Shown here piece after piece: positions 26,068 to 37,792 of a stretch of 64,000 bases of DNA (positions are counted from its first letter, which is position 1; every line of letters starts with the position of its first letter). The DNA lies in NCBI RefSeq assembly GCF_009834535.1, contig NC_045696.1, forward strand, positions 82,834,001 to 82,898,000, in the 5' to 3' direction. The notes beneath the pieces were generated by a model. It worked only from the letters and a program-made list of their open reading frames with translations, did no database searches and was not told the DNA's origin. The position numbers and the translations under genes are program-made. The stretch is from Camelus ferus. Lineage: Eukaryota.

Positions 26068-29000
26068 TTGGTAGGAAATTGGCATGTTTAAAATTAAATT
26101 ATGCATGTGTAAACTTAGAGAAGAGAACATTCTTAAAATAATGCAAGGAATTTGTAAGCATACAGTGACGCAAAAATCAAAAGAAATTCTAGGAGCACAT
26201 TTTTGAAATTTTTCTATTAATTTAACAACATGGAAAGCAGAATATCCATTTTGGAGTTTTATTATATGCGTATGGAAGACTGTTCTGTAATTTACAAATG
26301 AAAACCGTTGCCCACTGGATTTAGAATTTGTAGTCTCAGAATGGAGAATAAAACGTCTACCGTGTTGGTCAGTCCTTGGTGGAAAAGGACATTATGGGTA
26401 GAATCTCAAAAGCACCAGTAAGTGTATTTAAAATGGGTTAATACATTTAATTTGATTTTCCTATTCAGCTGCTGAGTTCAACAGTGTACACCCTTCTTCA
26501 ATAATATGAAGGGGAAAAGATCCCCCAGCTGCTACTTTTATTTGAGGGGACACTGAGTTCTCCCAATTGTAGGTAAATTACTGGGGGAATTACCTTTGGA
26601 GCTTTGTGCACTATTTCCAGAATTAGAAAAGCGGGCTTAGAATGCAGAGTAAAGAAATCATCAGAGCATTAGCCGCTGTGTGTAGAATGTGAAAAAAAAA
26701 CTGGCCAAGTTCACATTTTTGGCACTCAGAAAAGTGTGTACACCTTTGAATTGTGCCTTCATTTGATTTGTTATAATTAAGTACCATGGGAAACAATACA
26801 ATTTGAGGGTTACTTCTGAGAAAACGGGGAGGCTTGGTGTTGACTTTTAAGGTCTGAGTTGGAACAGACAATTTTAATGATTAATTTTAATGATATCGCT
26901 AAATCAACAGAGGTAAAAATAGAATGATTCGATCAGAAGAGGGTTTGCAGCATTAAGCATGTATATGAAATAGCTTTTGTGACAGTCTGGGGATTTGATT
27001 TCCAGTATGAGCTACATAAATGGCTAAATATAATTTTCCTAAAATATTACTTCATTGGGCCAGTAGTAAGATATAATCTTGGCCTTTGTATTTTGGCTGG
27101 CTGACATTTTCTTCTTTCCCATGAAAAAAAAAAAAAAGTAGAACTGCCCTCACCGAGAATTGAACAGAACAGAGTATCGCGCTGCCCCTCTCTGTTTATT
27201 AAGATAAACTTCTGATAAGATGGCTAAGCAGGAAGTTGGAATAGTTCGGGGAAACTAAAGGCTACTTCTTGCTCTCACTATCTGGGATATATTATTTTAC
27301 AGTTTGGAAGCCTATTTTGAAGGTTTCTTTTTGTTTTTGTTTTTTTTTTAAAGTACAAGATGTACTGAGGTTTGAGTGATACTTCAAGTTTCTTTTCAGT
27401 GGGTATTGAATAAGTGTGAAAAATGTCAGTATTTTTATTTGTATTAACACTCTGAGGTCAGAGCAAACATTTAGTAACGTGAGAGAAAGTATGCCACTTG
27501 GGTTCTGGAATGTTTGCAAAGGACATAGCAGAACGCACTTGGAAGTATAATTACCATCATTTCTATTGGTAAATCATCTTGGTAACATTGATTATTTCAG
27601 CCCAAATTAGTGAGATTAATTTAACTTGTTGATAACTCCAGACATTGGTTTTCTTATCATAATTTCAAGCCTTTCTTCTACTTAATGTCTGAATGAAGGC
27701 AATATTTCACCTGTGACCCAGGACAAGGTAGTAAGTATTATATTTCTGCTAAAGATCATGTGTAATTTTCCCTCCATTAAATAATAAAACAGAAAACAAA
27801 TTCTCTTCGATAGCTCTTTTCTCAGCTAAAGCACATTGTTAAATTTAATTTAGTCTATGCTTATGGAGTGAACTTGTGCTAGATAAAGGGGAAATATTAC
27901 CTATAACTTTGGAAAGTGCAGAAACCAAAATCTGAGCAAGCTTATTTTCCTTTGTTCTTTCCCACATAGAATTTTTCTATTAATAATATGTCTAAATTTA
28001 AAGTGGTTGTATGTTATCTGTCAGCTATTCTAAATCATATATATTATGCTTTTACTATATCCTCTGGATTTTTATATGTGTTAAAGAAGTTAACTCTTTG
28101 TATGGAAATTTGAATTTTTTCCTGGTATTCCAGACCTTCTATATGACTTGCCAATTGTCTGGTTTTAGTTAGAAGAGCCTCCTCAATGAAAACCAATGTA
28201 CTAGTTTGTTATCTTTAGCACAGCCTGACTATAAGGTTCAAGTACCAGGAATCTAACAAAGTGGACTAATGAGGTCTCCAGGACAGTTTTGATACGGAAA
28301 AAAGAAAAAAGAAAAAAAAGATTAGATGTAGGGTTAGCATAGACTCTTTAAGTCAATATAGGAAATGAATTTAGAACCGTTTTGGTTTGCCCATAACCAA
28401 TTACAAGCAACTGATGTTAACACATCTGACCTAGTGGGATTTTCATCTAGAAACTGGCAACGTTTACCAATTTCACAGCTACAATTCTCTAACCTAATAT
28501 CTCTCAGGCCAACCAAAATAAAACAATACCATAATTTTATAAAGACCAAAGTAGCTTAATTTGAAGCAGCATGAAAGAAAAAAACGGATAGTACTGTAAG
28601 ATGAGAAATGACCAGCATTAGCTCTGGAATTTAAGGCATTTTCAACAAAAACTCATTATGAAACGTCTAAAACTGATTTTAAAAATTCCTCTGAAGGTGA
28701 TCAAATTATTTAACAATCGGAGTGCAAGTGTTTTAAAGTATCTTTTTTCCTTACCAGTGTTCTCCCATGAGGAGCTGCTATTCTCTTTCATTTCTCAATG
28801 ATTTTATTTATTTCATTTATTTCACCTATTTCATTTCATGGAGAATATTTTTAAAATATATTATCTTAAGAGGATCAGAGTCAGTAGCTGGGTGGATAAT
28901 AACACTGTTGATCGAAGTGCGGAACCTGGAAAGACAAGTACTCAAAAGCCATTTAAATGTGTGCATTCTGGTATGTTTTATTAAAACAATTTTGAAGCTA

Positions 29001-30312
29001 TGGGGTGTGCGTGTGTGTGTGTATGTGATATTTACAGAATCAATTTTCCTACATAGGGTTGCATATTTACTCATAGATGTATAGATCACATGTGTATAAA
29101 GTAAACTTTCAATTATCCAAGAACAAGTTAACTTTTTTGGGGAGTAGAGGTTGGTGTGTTACAGATTAACCATAGTTAAAAGCAATCATAGACCACTGTT
29201 ACCATTAAATGACTCTTAATCAGCTACATATTAGGAGTTGTTTATTATTTAGAACTTCACAATAGGTAATAAACACCACAGCATCCTTTCTCCTACCACG
29301 TGGGAGATATGTCATATACTGGATTCATGCTATCTTCCTCCACTCTATGCCCATCCTTATCACTTTGCAATGGCCCTTAGAAAAGGCTAGAAGGTCTGAT
29401 AGCTTGCGATAGGACCGGAGGACGTAGGTGAGGAAGGGAAGGCACAGAGAATAAAAGATACATTTCCATTTCAATTCAACCCCTAAATTTGAGACCAACA
29501 AAGAAAAAAGTGAAATTTTCTAGGAAACAAAAATAAATAACAGATTATAAAAATAGACCTTGCTATTTCTGCTATTTCAGTTTACATAATTTATGTCCAT
29601 TGATGAACGTAGTTTATTTACATAGTTTGTATGCTTAGTGTATGCAAACGTTTGAACTCTTGTTTTCACTCTTTTGGTTGTAAAATAGTAAACCTGTTGT
29701 TAAATGTCAGATGCACTTTAACCAGTACATTTGCATCACATAACTATTCTACAATGTTTTGGCTTTTTTTTTACATTGATTACCTTTGTTTTCACATTGA
29801 ATTGACATGTGTGACTGCCATGCACACCCTCTCCATTACCGTACTGATTATAGTCAGATAAATAGGTACTAATGCATGGATGCATTTATGGACACCCCTT
29901 TACCTGGGAAGGGGTTTGAAGATCATTGTGAAATATTTAGTTCTGAAAAAACTCCTTTTGAGCACACATTTGGAGTGATGTTGAGAGGGTGGTAAAAATT
30001 TAGGCAGTGCAGATAATGTGTACAGTAACATTCAATAGCATCTTTGAGAAAGCCCCAAGAGATCCTGAAAATCAGAATGCAGTCTGCCCTCCCGTCACAC
30101 TGTTGTCAGTATTATTCCAGTGTACATTAGCCTGTTGTTTTCTATGGCTGCCACACAGTAAATAAAAAAATCACTAGCATTTTTTAAAGAAAAATTTTAA
30201 GTTTTCTTCAAGGATAAGTTCTTTCAGCAGTCACTGCTGCAAGCATTATCTGTGAGAAAGCTGTGATAATGATGGAAAGCTATTAAGATGAACTAGCGAC
30301 AAAGACCATTGC

Positions 30313-30560
30313 AGGGGGTGGGGAGGAGAAGAGATAAACTGGGAGTTCGAGATTTGCAGATGCTAACTGCTGTATATACAATAGATAAACAACAAGTTTA
30401 TACTGTATAGCGCAAGGAACTATATTCAATATCTTGTAGTAACCCATGATGAAAAAGAATATGAAAACAAACATATATGTATATATATGACTGAACTATT
30501 ATGCTGTACACCAGAAATTGACACAACATTGTAAACTGACTATACTTCAGTTTAAAAAAA
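30313..30560 (+). mobile_element. LINE-1 3' UTR fragment (cetartiodactyl/camelid-type)
   Basis: GATAAACTGGGAGTTCGAGATTTGCAGATGCTAACT...TATACTGTATAGCGCAAGGAACTATATTCAATATCTTGTA...GCTGTACACCAGAAATTGACACAACATTGTAAACTGACTATACTTCA plus an A tail. Confidence 0.88.
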
Positions 30561-32624
30561 GAGGATATTATTTTTTAAAAAAGGAAAAAGGGAACCTCTC
30601 CATGCAGGGGGGAGATGGGATCCTTCAATGAGAGTGGAATTCACGATACACATAGTATGGCCCAGCTGTTTGGGAACATTAAAAATCCCTTCACTTAAGC
30701 TGTTGAAAGCTGCAAAAAAGACCAAATGTTTTCCATCTCAAAACACATTTTACTTAGCCGTGTTTTGAAAGCTGTTATCTAAACATTGAGAAAAAAAAAA
30801 AGCCCAGCATATTTTAACATGATTTCTTCCTCGGGTGCAAATCAGCAGTTATAATTTAATTGAGGAAAGAGAGTGAAAAAGGTAGAAGGAAAAGGCACAT
30901 TTTATTCTCCTACCTTCTTGTTTATCTTTCCTTAAAGTACTTGAAGGACATAAAACTGGGAAATAAAAAAGTCACCAGCATACAGTTTTGTTAACTTATC
31001 TTGTGAACATTAAACATTATGCCTCAAATTTCGTATGGTACATAAAGTGTTTCGCCTTGCAAGATCGTGTATACAGCACTTCAAAAAAGCCAGGACAGCT
31101 CACTAAATGTAATGGATGTGTAATGGCAGATCTTTAGATCTCTTGTATTTGGCATGACAACTCCGGGTTCTTTAGGTGCTTTAAACCTGATATCTAAAAC
31201 CATGTATTTTTTTCCCCAGTGATGAAAAACATAGACTAATTACAAACTTCTCTCATGCTGTAGAGATGGCTTGACCATCCGGTGCCATTGCAACATTTTG
31301 ATTTCACTATGTCTCCTTTGGTTGCTGAAATTAATCAGTTTCACAACTTCATGTTCTTAATATATTTTCTTGCTAATTTTAGAATGAATACTAGAATGAA
31401 TACTTGCTGAGCAGAGTCACAGTGGAAATATGTTGTCTGATGGTGCAATAAACAATTTATTTCTATTAACTAACAGTTTTAAGAGATGAAGTCTTAGAAG
31501 CTGTCCTATGACCTGCATCCAGATGTAGCTTCAACAAAATCTTCAAGAATACTCATTAGGCAGTTTTAAAAGATACCTTGAAAAAAAGGAACCAATTCCC
31601 ACTTTAAGACTTACTTCGATAAACCAATTTATTTCCTGTAAAAAATTATGTTGGCTATTATGTTGACAAAACTTGTGTCAGGAAACTTTACTAAGAACGT
31701 GGCTTAGACAAGGAATAAATATGACATGGGGTCAGTGCCTTGCACCCGAGATGCAGACCACAAATGGTTTTTGATGATAAAACACAAGGAAGTTTCAAAG
31801 AGTGTAAATAATCAGATAAGGAAGCAGAGAGTAAGGACAGACATGCTCAATTTTGGAGGAAACCACCACTAAGAACCCCAGGTGACCTTCTTTGGGCTAT
31901 GAGACGTAATTATGGTTTAATGACATAATGTTAAAAATTAAATCTCATTGTTTTTACTATCATCCCTATTATGACAGATTTATAGTTGTGGACAAAAACA
32001 TAAGAAATTGCTTTGTATTCTTTTATTTTTAACCTTCATGTTTTTACACAAATCTAAGGGAAGAATGTAAAATGAGAATAAAAGATACATGTTCTAGGGT
32101 CACTCTTAAGAACCTTAAGTAGATTAGAATTTTGCTTCTAAGAAGTGCCCCTCTTCTCTGCTTCAAGTACTGAATTCCTTTTTCACATGTGTTTTCCCAA
32201 GTGACTACGATGAAAATACATTAATCAATGAGAGGGTAATTGAAAAAAATGGGTTGATGCCACAAACTGAATATCCATACACATTTGTTCTTACTCTGAT
32301 TATGACTGAGGCTTCGGAAAATCATGTTGTGTCCCTGGCCTCTGTTTTCACATCCACAAAATGACTGTTAATTACAAATATGCAGTATAGATGCATCTGC
32401 GTTCTAGGAGTTTACATTGGTCTTGACAATACCCCTACTGCTTACTTCCTTTACTTATCTGATCTTTATAGTGAAACTGACATTAGTCTTCCTTACGGTC
32501 CCTGTCAGTCAGTGGTTGGCTCAGAGCGACCCTCATTGTCAACTCCCAGTGTCAGACGGATGGCATCTTTGGCAATTTACCAGGCCAATCTTTCAGGTCT
32601 TTATGGCTGAAGTAGTGCAGCCTC

Positions 32625-32850
32625 AGGAAACAATCATAGCGGAATATACAGTCAGATTAATCAGGATTTGAATCCCATCTTTAATACTTACCAGTTGTGT
32701 GACTTTGGGCAAGTTATTTACTGAGTACAGTTTTGTCATCTGTAAAACAAGGATAACAAACATTTACAAGCTGTTAATGAGTTATTAGAGGAAGTGACGC
32801 ATAGTAAGTCCCTGACATAGAGTAGGTGCTTATATTTTACCATCCTATCA
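32625..32850 (+). mobile_element. MIR SINE
   Basis: GGATTTGAATCCCATCTTTAATACTTACCAGTTGTGTGACTTTGGGCAAGTTATTT...TCATCTGTAAAA...CCTGACATAGAGTAGGTGCT. Confidence 0.85.
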
Positions 32851-33699
32851 TCATCTCTTGCTTCTGTTACTTCGATAGCTTGCTAAGTGGTCACTGGTGT
32901 CCACTTGCTCCACCCCAATATATTTGCCACATTGCTGCCATTGTGGTTCTTTAACGTGAGAATTTGGCAAGGACCATGTCTGGTTTTTCTTCAGAATGAA
33001 TGAATAAAAGGGTGAAATTAACAAGACTGACTAATGTTAGAAATAATCCATTTAAAATACACTTGATTAAAAAAAAAAGCTAATGGATATCTTTTGTCTA
33101 CATTTCCAATCAAAACCAAATAATTTATTAAAAAAGTTATTGCAACACAGAAAACTGCAATGGGTGTATGTATTTAGGCATTATGCTATGATTTAAAGGT
33201 GTTCTGCAGTTTTGTTGTTGTTTTTATTGTTACTGTTATTGAAAGTGAGTTGACTATGTCTTTGGTTGTTAAACAAAATAGGAAGACCCATTATCTGAAA
33301 CAAAATGTTTTCTAGTTTATCTACAAAGCATTGTCTGGGTATGTACCTTCAGTATGTATTCAGTTATTCTTAATTTAAGAAAAGAATTATGCCAGAAATT
33401 TCATGAGCTAACTTACTGCTTTTATATTTTACCAGAACAATTATTTTTCATTGTCTTTCATTTGTGCTGGCAGATTCACCCAGCATAGAGTACAAATCCA
33501 TCTGCTATATTAGAATATATCAGGAAAATTGATCTCTTTGTTTAGAACACACACATGAATATACATATATACCTAAGCTACTACAGTCTATATTTTAAAA
33601 ACTTTGGGGGATGTTATAGGGAATATAAGGAACAATAGGATGCTGAGTTTTATCAAAGAAATTGAAAAAACATTGGAAATACACTTAGCCTAACTCTAG

Positions 33700-34030
33700 C
33701 ACATGGAAAGCTCCCAAGGAATACTCCTTTCCACTCCTAACCAGGCTTTGAGTGAGCAAAAGCCCCACCTCTTCCATAAAGCTTTCCCCACCACACAAGC
33801 CTTTACGCATCTCTTTCCTGCCGGAATCTCTGTAGCACTTATCATTCAAGCCACATAATTTAGTACTTAATGACTTACAGTCTTGTACTGTTTGCTATTC
33901 TTTCAAGTAGCTTAGTCTTGTCTCTCTAAATAAATTGCCTGGGACTTTACAGCAGGGACAATGGTTCACACTAATATTTTATTCCCTCTGGCAGGCATAT
34001 TTAGTTGGTCATTTGCAACCTGTGAATCAA
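33700..34030 (+). mobile_element. L2 3' fragment
   Basis: CACCTCTTCCATAAAGCTTTCCCCACC...TGTAGCACTTATCA...CTTGTCTCTCT...CAGCAGGGACAATG. Confidence 0.55.
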
Positions 34031-34559
34031 GAGTCAAGGAAATGAAGAGAGTGATGTGAGACTGGGCTAATATCCCAGAGTTACTCTGAAACCCAAGAGT
34101 CCATGTAAAATTATGTGTACATGTATGTAAACATGGCTGTATGTACAAATAAGGAGATTAGAAAAAGAATTTCAAATTAGATGTAGACTTCCTAACTTGT
34201 AGCATGTTTGTGATATATTGTCACATGCAAAAAAGGGAAGTTATAGAATAATATATAAATGTAACTATTTTGGTGAAAAAAGTATATATATTTCTTTATT
34301 TTGTGTGAGCAAAGAATACGACAAGAAAAAAACACGAGACTGAGTATCAATTACCTCAGAATGATGAAACATGTTTACGTTGTGTTGTATAGTTCATAAA
34401 ACAAGCATGCATTGCTTTTATAATTTGACTTCAAAAAAATGTTCAAAAATGAAAACTTCAAAGTGAAGTGGAGTGATAAATGAAATTACCAGGTTCTCTA
34501 AGGGAAAAAATTAAAATTTAATTTAAATCTAGTTTCTTTGCCTGGATAGATGGAGAAGC

Positions 34560-34800
34560 ACTGGTATAGGAGAAAAAAGAGTTAGCTAAGAAGTTCTGTC
34601 TTCCAGGCACTGGTCTACCAGGGTGTCTACCAGCACCTACCAGCACTAGGACCTTGGGCAAGTTCTCTAACATCTGCCACTCTTTTCTCATTTTTATTGT
34701 GATAATTTTACTTGTCATGCCTATCATACCCTCTCATGGATTTGCATCATTCATTAATTAACTAGTTTAAATGAAAGCCCCTTGCAAAGGGTAATGTGTT
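34560..34800 (+). mobile_element. MIR SINE
   Basis: GACCTTGGGCAAGTTCTCTAACATCT...TTTTCTCATTTTTA...GATAAT. Confidence 0.6.
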
Positions 34801-35669
34801 ATCCCTACTCTACTCTCCATCACATCTGATGTGGTTTGGCTATTAGTTATGAAAACCTGGCAATCTCTCTGGGAGCCTGTAGAAATAAGCCAACAGCTAC
34901 TTTATCAGAAGTGGTTGCTGCTCCCAGGAGAGCTCCTGCAACCACAGAAAAAGGGGCAAGATCCTAGTCTATGGAAGTGATGGGAAGGGAGAGAAACATT
35001 GGTTGCTAATATTATTACCACATTTAGCACTGATATTGTATTGCCTTTCTTCTAGGTTTGGGCTAACGTTGGGGAAACTCTAGATAAACAGTTTATCAGA
35101 GCACTTTTATGTTCAAAGATCAATATCTTAGTCATTTTATACACAATAACAAAAAATCAGCAGACTTTGCAAAGCAACTTAACCTTAATCTGGTACATAC
35201 TCTCAAACCAATTGAAAACTCATGATCTACTAAGTGATGGCTCTGGAAATGAGAAACAAGTCTTTTTGAAATCTTGTCATAATGTCACCACTCCATACCT
35301 TATGATCAGTGTTTTTTTTTTTTCTATTTTCAATCCCAGATAGCCTAAATTCCAACAGGCTTTTTGGAAAGTTTTCCATAATTTGGCCTTATCAAGTCTT
35401 ACTCATGAATGCTTCTCAACTTTATGGCTCTTGGGATATCCTAATGAGTTTCTTGAGCAACAGTTCATGAGAGGAACCAAAGGCAAGTATTTGTTCCATG
35501 GGGATATGAAACCACCTCTTTCTGGCTGCAGCAAGGAAATGGCAAGATGAGGCCAAGATGCAGACTGGGGTTCAGGGGTGGTGCTCCTTCATGGCCCTGG
35601 ATTCTCTGATAATCAAAGGAAGCCAGGTAACTGAATTGTCCATATCCACCAAAGATCTTTGCCTGGCAT

Positions 35670-35885
35670 TTCTGTTATCTATTGCTACATTAAAAAATTA
35701 CCTCCAAACTGAAAACAATAATAAACATTTATTGTCCTCAGATTCTATGGCTTAGAATTCAGAAGCTGCTTAGCTGGCTGAATGGTTCTGGCCCAAGGTC
35801 TCATCAGGTTGCAGTTAAGACAGCAGCTACAGTCACCTGAAGTTCTGCCTGGTGCTGGAAGATTCGATTCCAGTCACACCCATTC
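35670..35885 (-). mobile_element. MLT1-family (ERVL-MaLR) LTR fragment
   Basis: GTTATCTATTGCTACAT...AAATTACCTCCAAACT...ATAAACATTTATT...CTTAGCTGG...GGTTGCAGT...AGTCACCTGAAG is the reverse complement of an MLT1 LTR 3' end. Confidence 0.75.
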
Positions 35886-36494
35886 GCATTTCCGGCCCCA
35901 GCCAACAGAACAAATTTACACACCCAAAACTGAACAACCTCTACTGAGATCCTCTAGATTCACACCAACATCTTACTCTGCACATGTCCTTTTTCCTTTT
36001 TCTTGAATGTTTCACCTCCCATTGTCTTCACATTTTGAAGAATTATATCTCTTCATAGCCTATTGACTAAAATGTACTCCACACTTAATTTCTGTTCAAT
36101 TTTTTTTTAAAAAACTGTATCACTTCCAAGAGAATCATGAAGATTCCTACTTCGCTTCATGTGCCTTCTTTTGCCTATCTCCAACAATTCCTTTGTTATG
36201 AAATATTTCTCCCCATCTCCACCCCCCACCCCCAAAACTGGGATTCCTACATTAGTTGTTAGATGCCATAATGAATTTGCATTCCCATCATTTATTTTGG
36301 TTATTTTTCTCTGGTTCTCTATGTTTCCATTTCTGTTTCTCAAAAACAAAATGCTGCCTGAGTGATGGCAGGTACATCAGGAGCAAAACAAATATTTGTT
36401 TCTCTTCTGATGTAAAGACATCAATGAAGAAAACAAACCAGAGAGGGTATTTATATAGGAGGTAATAACTGTTTTATAGAATTAGAACTCTCTT

Positions 36495-36965
36495 TAATAA
36501 TAACTAATGTTTATTAGGTACTTATGGGCTGGGCACTGAGCTAAGTGCTGTGCATGGATTGTTGTATTTAATCATCTCAATAGCCCTGTGAGATACTATC
36601 ATTATCCTCATTTACAGATAAGGAATCTGAGATGATAAGTAACGTGACATGTCACCTAGCACATAGTGAAGAAGCTGCGATTTAAGTCCAGGCTGTCCTA
36701 CTGTAGTGTCTGTGCTTTTAATCACTATACTGTTTTCCCTCCTTGTGAGTGTCTACTACATACGAGGCATTATACTAAGTTCTATACATATATACATATA
36801 TACACACACACATACATATATACACTAAGTTCTATACATATATATATATATAAAATCTCCATTGTTTAATCCTAATAACCTCCTATGATATAGTTGCCAT
36901 TACCACAATTTAAAAAATATTGAAAGAGAAATTCAAGAAGCTTAAGCAACTCTCTCATCATTTAA
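36495..36965 (-). mobile_element. Two tandem MIR SINEs, the second interrupted by a TA/CA microsatellite
   Basis: GGGCACTGAGCTAAGTGCT...ATTATCCTCATTTACAGATAAGGAATCTGAGA, then GAGTGTCTACTACATACGAGGCATTATACTAAG...TTTAATCCTAATAACCTCCTATGA. Confidence 0.75.
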
Positions 36966-37759
36966 CTAGAAGCAGACTCTACCCAGGGCCCCAACATCAG
37001 AGGGCTATGACATAGCAGGCAATCGGAGATGAGACTGCTCTTGGGCCCAGGGGATTTTATGATTTGCACAGAGGAAACCTGTGGTCTCCTGAGCCCTGGG
37101 AAAAAGATCTGACTTCATTATGGCAGCTATTCAGCCCATCGCCTTCCCTGCTAAAGTCCACAAGAGGCGGGGTGTTTGTCAAAACAGACTGTGGCATTGC
37201 CACCAAATCCGAGGTGTGAATGATTTGACAGCTGAGTCATGAGAGTCATCAGCCACTGGGATCACCTGGACCACATTGAACAAAATTATTGGGAACAGGG
37301 AAGAATTAGAAGAGAAAGGTTGGCTTGCCATCCACAAGTTCTTTGGCTGGAGGATATTCTATTTGACTTCATTATTTACCTCGCAACTGCTATGGAATAC
37401 TTTCAAAACTTAAACCAAATTCAGCAAATTTGCACTTTTCTGAGGGCTTAGATTCTGCAGTGAACAAGTAATTGAAAATCAAGTGTAGTCAAAACTTCCC
37501 TTGCTCAGCCCTTAAACCACCCGGTGTTGATATAGAACCATCTTGGCTTTAGTTGAGCGTAAGAAAAGTGGTGTATTTGTATTTAGTGGATTTGCATTTA
37601 GGTGCTGCACGGTGTGAAAAATACATCTCTGTAAACCTGAAAGTCACACTCAGTGCAACAAGATACTCAGTACAGAAAGCATTTAAATACCGATTCCTGC
37701 TGAGGGAATAGATAGCTTATGTCTCCATCTCATGCTCTTTTCCTGGATAAAGGATCATT

Positions 37760-37792
37760 ATCTCTCTCTCTCTCTCTCTCCCTCTCTCTCTC
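37760..37792. repeat. (TC)n microsatellite
   Basis: tctctctctctctctctctccctctctctc. Confidence 0.9.
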
